DNA of 64,000 bases from an uncultured Nitrospinota bacterium (GTDB lineage: Bacteria > Tectomicrobia > Entotheonellia > J063 > CAVPRW01), in assembly GCA_963707985.1 (NCBI GenBank), contig CAVPRW010000022.1, forward strand, positions 1 to 64,000, read 5' to 3'. Made by a program: the position numbers and the translations under genes. Below are positions 51,776 through 64,000 of this stretch, one piece after another. Position 1 is the first letter of the stretch; each line of letters begins with the position of its first letter. The notes under the pieces were generated by a model. That model did no database searches. It saw only the letters and a program-made list of their open reading frames with translations, and was not told the DNA's origin.

Positions 51776-52188
51776 TCGAACAAACACTGGCGATTATTAA
51801 GCCCGATGCGGTGAGTCGCGGCCTGATCGGGAAGATTCTGGCACGCATTGAAGAGCAGGGCTTCCGTGTACGTGCCCTGAGAATGGTACAGCTGAGCAAA
51901 CAGACGGCCCAGGCGTTCTATCAGGTGCATGCCGAGCGTCCGTTCTATGAGAGTCTGACCACGTATATGTCATCTGGCCCAGTGGTACCGATGCTCCTCG
52001 AACGGGAGAGTGCCATCCAGAGCTTACGCGAGTTGATGGGCGCCACCAATCCTGAGCAGGCCGCAGCTGGCACGATTCGTCGCGACTACGGAGAAAATAT
52101 CGAGCGCAATGCCATCCATGGCTCAGATGCTGCGGCCACTGCCTCCGTGGAGATTGCCTTCTTTTTTAGCCATTTCGAGCGGGTTTGA
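51772..52188 (+). CDS. ndk: Nucleoside diphosphate kinase
   Basis: [23 protein letters not shown]. Confidence 0.97.
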   Translation: MIEQTLAIIKPDAVSRGLIGKILARIEEQGFRVRALRMVQLSKQTAQAFYQVHAERPFYESLTTYMSSGPVVPMLLERESAIQSLRELMGATNPEQAAAGTIRRDYGENIERNAIHGSDAAATASVEIAFFFSHFERV

Positions 52189-52269
52189 CCTCCATTCTCC
52201 TCCACCATAGGCAACAGAGTATCCTCGATCGCATCCAGGAGCGGACGCAGCCCCGGCCCGGGGACAATT

Positions 52270-53039
52270 GGCCTCTGCAGAGCTGTATACAGCTTTCCCA
52301 TAGACTGCGGTTGGTCGCAGTAGACGTTGATCTCGTAGGTGACCGCGAAGTCACCCAGCGACTTTTGCAGCACGAACGGCGGCGGTTGCTTGAGCAACCC
52401 CGGCGTGCGATCCGCGGCCGCCAGCAACATCGCCTCGACCTGGCGCCAGGGGGTTTCGTAGCCGATGCCAACCGTTGTGTACAGGATCAGCCCCTGGTTT
52501 CGGGCCAGGGTGCTGTAGTTGATGATATTGTTGCTGAGGATCTCCGAGTTCGGCACGACGATGTCTTCGTTTTTCGGCGTGCACAGGTGCGTGACGAGCA
52601 AGCGGATTTCCATCACGTCGCCGATGTGTTCCCCGTTTTTGACCCGATCGCCAATCCGGAAAGCGCGCCGGTACGTCATGGTGTAGCCGGCGATGACATT
52701 GGCGATCACCAGGGACGACCCGAGCGAAAAGATCACACCCCAAAAAATCGTCACACCTTTGAACGCCTCCATACCCGACCCCGAGATGTGTGGATAGGCC
52801 ACCACCACCGCGAAGACGAGGACAAGGAGCCGCACGAGCCGGTGGGTGGGCAGGGCCCACGTGCGATCGAATCCAATCAATGCGACTGTTCCTCCCGCCA
52901 CACTGGTGAAGAACAGCCGCATGAGCTTGAGCACGTAACGCGTGATGACGACCAGGATGCCGATGAACACGCCATTGGGAATGGCGCTGAGGAGCCCCTC
53001 GCTCATGGTACGCAGGGGGTCGACCAGGATGGTTAACAA
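52270..53039 (-). pseudogene. MscS mechanosensitive channel fragment (both ends truncated)
   Basis: NVIAG...FRIGDRV...IVVPNS...VGIGYETPWRQV; similarity lost after LYTALQ. Confidence 0.75.
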
Positions 53040-53387
53040 GCGCTCGGCGAGCGGCCGCGGTGGGGGAGTTTCTCGCTGTCGACGACCCCGAAGATCAGGC
53101 TCCTGCCCATCGACCGGCTGGAGGGTTTCTATCGAAACGATGCCCGCCTCTACCGCCTCTCCTGTGTCCTAGTCCAGGTCAACCAAGCCGTTCTTCCGGC
53201 CTGATTCTGTATAGCCGGGAATCCCTAAACCAACACCTCAAGCAGCCATCTGGCCGGGTTTGGCGCTAATCGCCTCTCTACACCTCGGAAATGTAATGGA
53301 TAATAACTGCGAATAACTGTAAAATGAGACGCTTGATAGAAGGAATGCTGGGTCGAACTTAGCCTGAAGAGCAAAGAGGTACACCCG

Positions 53388-53593
53388 ATGGATGAAAACC
53401 CAAGCGATGTCCTCACCATCGCAGAGTTGGCCGCTTACCTAAAGATACCGAAGTCGACGCTCTACAAGGTCGTTCGGGAAGGCAAGATCCCCTCCCAGAA
53501 GGTTGGCCGGCACTGGCGTTTCCGGAAAGGAGCCATTGACCATTGGCTCGCGGAAACGCCGGCGAACGAGCCCGGTTTAGGAGGAGATCGATA

Positions 53594-53594
<1 letters not shown>
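53388..53594 (+). CDS. Excisionase-like helix-turn-helix DNA-binding protein
   Basis: VLTIAELAAYLKIPKSTLY...IPSQKVGRHWRF. Confidence 0.9.
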
Positions 53595-57841
<4,247 letters not shown>

Positions 57842-57845
57842 TGAG

Positions 57846-59665
57846 ATGAATCAGGATGAACTGATAGCCGGATCAGCAAGTACGAATGGAATGATGTCGA
57901 GTTTAAGAAAGCCCAGCGTGGCGTACCGGATGCCACATATGAGAGCGTCTCTGCGTTCGCAAACACCGCGGGGGGATATCTTGTCTTCGGCGTCGAGGAC
58001 AACCGGGGATCTTTCGAAATCGTCGGGGTAATCGAAGTCGATAAGGTTCAGAACGAATTTCTGAGTTGCTTGCGTGCCGGCGGGAAGCTCAATCGCCTGA
58101 TTTCCGTTCAAGAAAGCACGGTGGAGCATGAAGGCAAGACGTTGTTGGTTTTCCATGTGCCCGAAGCGCGACGCAAAGACAAACCGATCTACCTCAACGG
58201 CGATATCAGAAAATCATACATCCGGCGAGGGGGCGGCGATGAACGGTGCACCGGGCCCGAGATTGAACGCTTTCTTCGCGATGCGGCGGACACCACATAC
58301 GATAACGATGTCGTGTCCGATCTGGATGCTGAGGATTTTTTCGACCCAGCGTCGGTCGCATGGTATCGCCGCGTGCTTCAAGAGAAACAAGGCAATCGCC
58401 ATGCTGACCTGAACGATGTCGAGTTTCTCAACGAATGGGGATTCGTTGTCGAATGGGACCACGCCCTGCGGCCCACGCGCGCTGCTGTCTTACTTTTCGG
58501 GAAGGCGAGGCTCTTGCGCAACCTGTTGCCGCGCGGCGTGGTCGATTACCAGCGCATCGATATGGTATTCGACCTATGGACACCGGAGCGCCGATGGAAC
58601 GACCGGGTGGTTCTGGAAGAAAACATTATCCAGGCATGGCAGGTTCTGATCGAGAAATTTTTTCGTCTATCCGAGAGACCCTTCTCAGTCGATGTCGCAA
58701 CCTTGCGCCGGCATGATGATCCGCCGGACTACATATCCTTCCGTGAAGCCGCCATCAACCTGCTTATCCATCAGGACTTCGGTGACCAAACAAGAAAGCC
58801 GGTCATTAAGATATTCTCGGACCGCACAGTTTTTTGGAATCCTGGGGATGCTTTCCTCACCGTGGACCAGCTTTTGGACCCGACCGAGAAGGAAGTCCGC
58901 AATCCTGCCATTGTTGCGGCTTTTCGACGAATCGGCCTGAGCGATCAGGCAGGCACCGGCGTTCGTTCGATTTTTGGCAATTGGCGACAGTTGGGATTTG
59001 TTCCGCCAAGCATCGTCAATAACAAGGGGGAAAAGACCTTTGAAATCACGTTACTTAGGGAAACGTTGTTGACTGATGAACAACGGCTCTTTCAGGCCCA
59101 ATTGGGCGTGCGGCTCACCGATCAAGAAGCATCCGTCTTTGCGTATGCCTGCCGTGCAGGTGCGGTCGGCATTACCGATGCCAAGGCGGTGATTGGGCGC
59201 GGGGAGCGAGAAGCCGAACAGGTTTTGGATCACTTGGTCACTCAGACACTCCTTGCGGTTGTGGAGGCCCGAGTGCGCTGGGGGCTAGCGCCCCATCTCC
59301 AGGACCGCTTTGTTCCAAGTGACCAAGCTCCTACCCTGGCCGATGACTTGGTCACTGACCAACCTGTTCCATCCTCGGTCAGCTTGGTCACTCCGAGACT
59401 GACCAAGCTGACCCAACACCAACGAACGATTATGGGTCTTTGTGAGGTGCCGCGATCCCAGGCAGACCTGATGAAGACTCTAGGTCTGTCCCATCGTACT
59501 TTTTTCCGTCGCAAGCACTTGGAGCCCTTGATGAAGGCTAATCTGGTGCGGATGACATACCCCGAAGAACCCAACCATCCGAGCCAGGCATATGTCGTTA
59601 CAGAAGCTGGCCTCGGGCTTCTCATCTCCTGGAAAGCGGATACTGACGGCGGAGAAAAGTCGTGA
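57846..59665 (+). CDS. AlbA_2/Schlafen-like N-terminus plus HATPase (RecG-C-like) and HTH protein; frameshift near 57870
   Basis: [10 protein letters not shown]...[38 protein letters not shown]. Confidence 0.8.
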
Positions 59666-59782
59666 ACAAGTGATCAACGCAGTTGGGCATATCAGGTTCG
59701 CTATTCGATTTGTACACTGCGCAAGTTCGTCCCGGTGGCCGCAAGTTGGTCACTGCCAGAACCCCCAAGAAGAAGGAAGCGT

Positions 59783-62510
59783 ATGACCAAGCATAGCGAT
59801 ATCGAAGATGGCTCCCAATTCCAAATGGGAACTGCCAAAGCCCAGGGGCCAGTGGAGTGCCTCGGGATGACTTTTTCCGATGACAATGCACGCCGCGAGC
59901 ATTTTCTGGGCATTCTCCGGGAAAGACTGAAAGACCGGGCATTTCGGGCCACCGAAGGGTTTCCGGTCGGGAGCGACGAGGATATTCTGGCGCTCAGCGA
60001 TCCGCCCTATTACACCGCCTGCCCGAACCCGTTCATAGCGGACTTCATCAAGCATTATGGCAAGCCCTACGATCCGAGCAAGCCATACAACCGCGAGCCG
60101 TTCGCCGCGGATGTGAGTGAGGGCAAGAACGATCCGGTCTACAACGTTCACGCGTACGCGACAAAAGTTCCTCCCGGCGCGATAGGGCCGATAATCGCAC
60201 ACTATTTGGACAGCGATGAATGCATCGTTCTCGATCCATTTGCCGGGACTGGTATGGCTGGCGTAGCTGTTACTCGAACTAAAAGAAACGCAATTGGCAT
60301 CTTGCAAGATCTTTCCCCCGCTGCGGCGCATATTGCGGCAGCGCTACAAGCAGACATCAACGGCCCGATTTTTCGCACCTGTGCGGAATCCATTATTGGG
60401 GACGTTGAGACGGAATGCGGATGGATGTACGGAACAAGGGTCAAAGGAGCTGAAGCTCAAGTCCGCTACTATGTATGGTCAGACATTTACGCCTGTGACT
60501 CGTGCTCTCAGCCGGTGCGAATCTGGGACATCGAAGGCGCGAAAAGCGTGGGAGGACTAAAGGAAAGAGCACCATGTCCGCACTGCGGATCGCTTATTTC
60601 TAAACAGTTCATGGTTCCCATGACCGAGACCTATTTCGACCGTGTTCTTAGCTCCAAGAAAGAGAGGATCATGTCTCAGCCGGTCTTAAAGGTGATCAAC
60701 AAAGGACACCGGTCGCACAAGCTTCCTGTAGATGACAGCGATGTTTCGCTACTGAAAAGGATCAACGACCAGGCGATACCGTATGCTGTACCTACGGCAA
60801 AAATGCTCTTTAAGGACGAATGCTGGGGCGACCAGTGGCGGTCGAGTTATCATCTAGGAGTAACTCATGCGCATCATTTTTATACCAATCGTAACTTATG
60901 GATTCTCTGTGCGATATGGAATCGAATTGAGCACGCGCGCCCTTACTCCCTTAAACGCCTACTTCAGTTTTGGTTTACCGCATCTTTGTCTCGCGTGACT
61001 AGATTAAATCGATATATGGCCCAGCACGACAGGAACGTTGGGCCACTCGCTGGAACGTTATTTATCAGCCCTATTCAAGCAGAAATCTCACCGTTCTATT
61101 TCTTTCGGGAGAAGATCGAGGATGTCATCGCCGCGTTACCCAAAAATGGTTCCGGTGTGAAACATCGTATTTTCGTGTCAGCATCTTCTTCGACCGAGCT
61201 ACTATTACCCGAAAACTCAGTGGATCACATCTTCACTGATCCACCTTTCGGGGACAACTTGATGTACTCTGAATTGAACTTTCTGGTCGAAGCGTGGCTG
61301 AACGTCTATACGAGTCAGAGTCTTGAGGCGGTAATCGCCGTTTCCCAAGATAAGGGCCTGCGAGACTTCGAAACGCTGATAAGGCGTGTATTTGCTGAAT
61401 GCTATCGAGTTCTGAAACCTGGAAGATGGATGGTCGTTGAGTTCCATAATTCCAGGAATACTGTGTGGGCGGCCATTCAAGAAGCATTGAGCGCTAGTGG
61501 CTTCGTTATTGCCGATGTCCGAACGCTGGATAAGCAGAAGGGAACGACAAAACAGCTCACGCAGGCAGGGACCGTTAAACAGAGATCTGATTATCTCAGC
61601 CTACAAACCCAACGGCGGCCTTGAGGAACGCTTCAAACTCGAAGCTGGAACCGAAGAAGGCGTCTGGGACTTTGTCCGCACTCACCTGAAGCAGCTCCCG
61701 GTCTTCGTCTCCAAGGATGGCCAGGCCGAGGTCATCGCCGAGCGCCAGAATTACCTGCTCTTCGACCGCATGGTGGCCTTCCACGTCCAGCGCGGCGTGA
61801 CCGTTCCCCTGTCCGCGGCGGAGTTCTACGCCGGGCTTGCCCAGCGCTTCTCCGAGCGGGATGGCATGTACTTCCTGCCCGAGCAGGTGGCCGAGTACGA
61901 CAAGAAGCGCATGACCGTCCGAGAGGTCCTGCAGCTCCAGCTCTTCGTCACCGACGAGTCCTCGGCCATCCAGTGGCTCAAACAGCAGCTCATCAAGAAG
62001 CCGCAGACCTTCCAGGAACTCCACCCGCAGTTCCTCAGGGAGATCGGCGGCTGGCAGAAGCACGAGAAGCCGCTGGAGCTGTCCGAGCTGCTGGAGCAGA
62101 ACTTCCTCCGCTACGACGGCAAGGGCGAGGTGCCGAGCCAGATTCACAGCTACCTCTCCACGAACTTCAAGGAGCTGCGCAACCTGCCCAAGGACGACGA
62201 GAGCCTGCGCGCCAAGGGCAAGGACCGCTGGTACGTGCCCGATCCGAACAAGGCCGGCGACCTGGAGAAGCTGCGCGAGCGGTCGCTGCTTAAGGAGTTC
62301 GAGGACTACCGGACATCCAGCCAGAAACGCCTGAAGGTGTTCCGCCTCGAGGCCGTCCGCGCCGGGTTCAAGAAGGCGTGGCAGGAGCGCGACTACGCCA
62401 CCATCATCACCGTGGCCCGCAAGATTCCCGAGAACGTCCTCCAGGAAGACCCGAAGCTCCTCATGTGGTACGACCAGGCGCTCACCCGCTCGGGGGAGGA
62501 CGCATTATGA
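59783..62510 (+). CDS. pglXI: BREX type 3 adenine methyltransferase PglXI; frameshift near 61580
   Basis: LSDPPYYTACPNP N-terminus, DPFAGTG, CDSC/CPHC, TDPPF, RVLKPG, WYVPDPNK C-terminus. Confidence 0.8.
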
Positions 62511-62531
62511 GGATTCGAGGAGATCATACCA

Positions 62532-64000
62532 ATGCATGCGCATGACCGGTTTCTGCCGGAATGGTTCAACCGTATCCGGTCGCGGCAAATCACCCTGCCG
62601 CGGTTTCAGCGTTCTATGGCCTGGGGGCACGGAGAGGTCTCCGGGCTTCTGACAACCGTCCTCCGCGGGCTACCTTCGGGCGCGACGTCTGATCATGGAG
62701 GTAGGTGACGAGGAGAAAGTTCAAGAGCCGCACCATGGTCGATGCACCGGAGTCCGGCGAGAAGGTTACCGAACAGCTTCTGGACGGCCAGCAGCGGCTG
62801 ACGGCTCTGTGGCGCAGCCTCCACGACAAGTACCCAGGACCGGAGTTATCTGATTGGCTTCGACGATGACCCCGGTGACGGCTCCACGAAACTGCCCTAT
62901 GTCTACGGTCAGGCCCGGTGGGAGCAAGAACGGCAGCCGCTATCCGATGTGGGTGGACGATCCGCGGGAATGCTGGAGTCGTGGGTTCATCCCGATCACC
63001 CTGCTACGACCGGAAGACATGGAAGACGTGATTGACCAGTGGGTCGAAGAAGCAATTACAGCCATCGCGACAGACAAGTTTCCAGGCATACAAGAACCTC
63101 AAGAAGATCATTAATGACCTCAGAACCAAGGTAAGGGAGTTCAACCTGCCGTATCTGGCGCTGCCAGCCGAAACGCGCTAAGGAAGTGGCCCTGGACGTC
63201 TTCATCAAAGATGAACACGAGCTCGGTGCATCTGTCCACCTACGACATCGTGGTGGCACTGGTGGAGGAAGAGACCGGAAAGTCGCTGCACGAGCACGTG
63301 GATGCTCTGAACGAGTCCGTTCCGCGGGCGTCTGAATACGCCGACCTGCCGGGTCTGGTGTTGGACGCGGTGGCTCTTCGTCAGGACCGTATCCCAAGCC
63401 AGGCGGGATACAGGGGCATCGACTATACCCGGATGCTGAATGAATGGGAGACGGTCGTCAAAGGCATCAAGGGGATGGTTGGCTTCCTGGAAGATGAGAG
63501 CATCTTCGATGCCCAACGCCTGCCGAGCTACACGGCCATTCCCATCCTCGCCGCTCTCTGGGAGCACCTGCCGACGCAGCCGGACAAGCTGGGAAACGCC
63601 CGGCTTCTCCTGCGCAAGTTCCTCTGGCGAGCTTTCCTGACCTCGCGTTACGAGCAGTCATCCACATCCAACGCTTTGCAGGATTACCGCGGATTGCGAA
63701 AGGTTCTCTGCGAAGGTGCGTCCGAGGACGTCGTGCCGATTTTGCGCCAGGAATCCTATCCGCCTCCCACAATGGAAATGGTGCTGCAAGCCGACTGGCC
63801 GAGGCGCAGGAGCATCCTTGGCCGTGGGTTGTTGTCGCTGCAAATCAAGTGTGGTGCCGAGGACCTGGCCGACGGGGCGCGGGCGACTGTCGCAACCATC
63901 ACATCCAAAGAGCACCCCCGCGAATATCACCACCTTTTCCCGGCTGCACTCCTTGAGAACGCGGGCATCCCTGATGAACTGATTTTTCGCGCCCTTAACT
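62532..64000 (+). CDS. DUF262 (GmrSD-like) protein with HNH-like C-terminus; frameshifted, runs off the window
   Basis: LPRFQR, LLDGQQRLTAL, VFIKMN; EYHHLFP...RALN. Confidence 0.78.

Overview
High-GC bacterial DNA; the gene content resembles Candidatus Tectomicrobia/Entotheonella-type genomes (inference only). Three parts. (1) 1-18.1 kb: a minus-strand integron cassette array with 13 attC sites (one split, one half-site) and a 5'-truncated intI. Cassettes encode a molybdopterin oxidoreductase, a cupin, three type II toxin-antitoxin pairs, three PD-(D/E)xK nuclease-like proteins, two IS91-family HUH transposases that are themselves packaged as cassettes, an esterase, a ModA-like protein and a membrane protein. 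Three structurally different group II introns sit inside attC sites in cassette-sense orientation, each with a candidate EBS1 complementary to its attC target. One attC holds two of them: an ORF-less IIA-like intron, and a IIB-like intron with a deleted RT and an IS5 segment in domain V. (2) 18.4-52.2 kb: metabolic and housekeeping genes (AtuA-like, hydrolases, an Rdx selenoprotein missed by the ORF track, DUF1800/DUF1501/NHL, recA, LLM oxidoreductases, mtnA-divIVA-yggT-proC-yggS, cinA, mug, mdh-sucCD-ndk). (3) 53.4-64 kb: a frameshift-rich type 3 BREX locus (HTH, brxF, brxC-like DUF6079, pglXI) with an inserted AlbA_2/Schlafen-like gene and a DUF262 GmrSD-like gene running off the window. Family assignments come from motif recognition by eye, not database searches.
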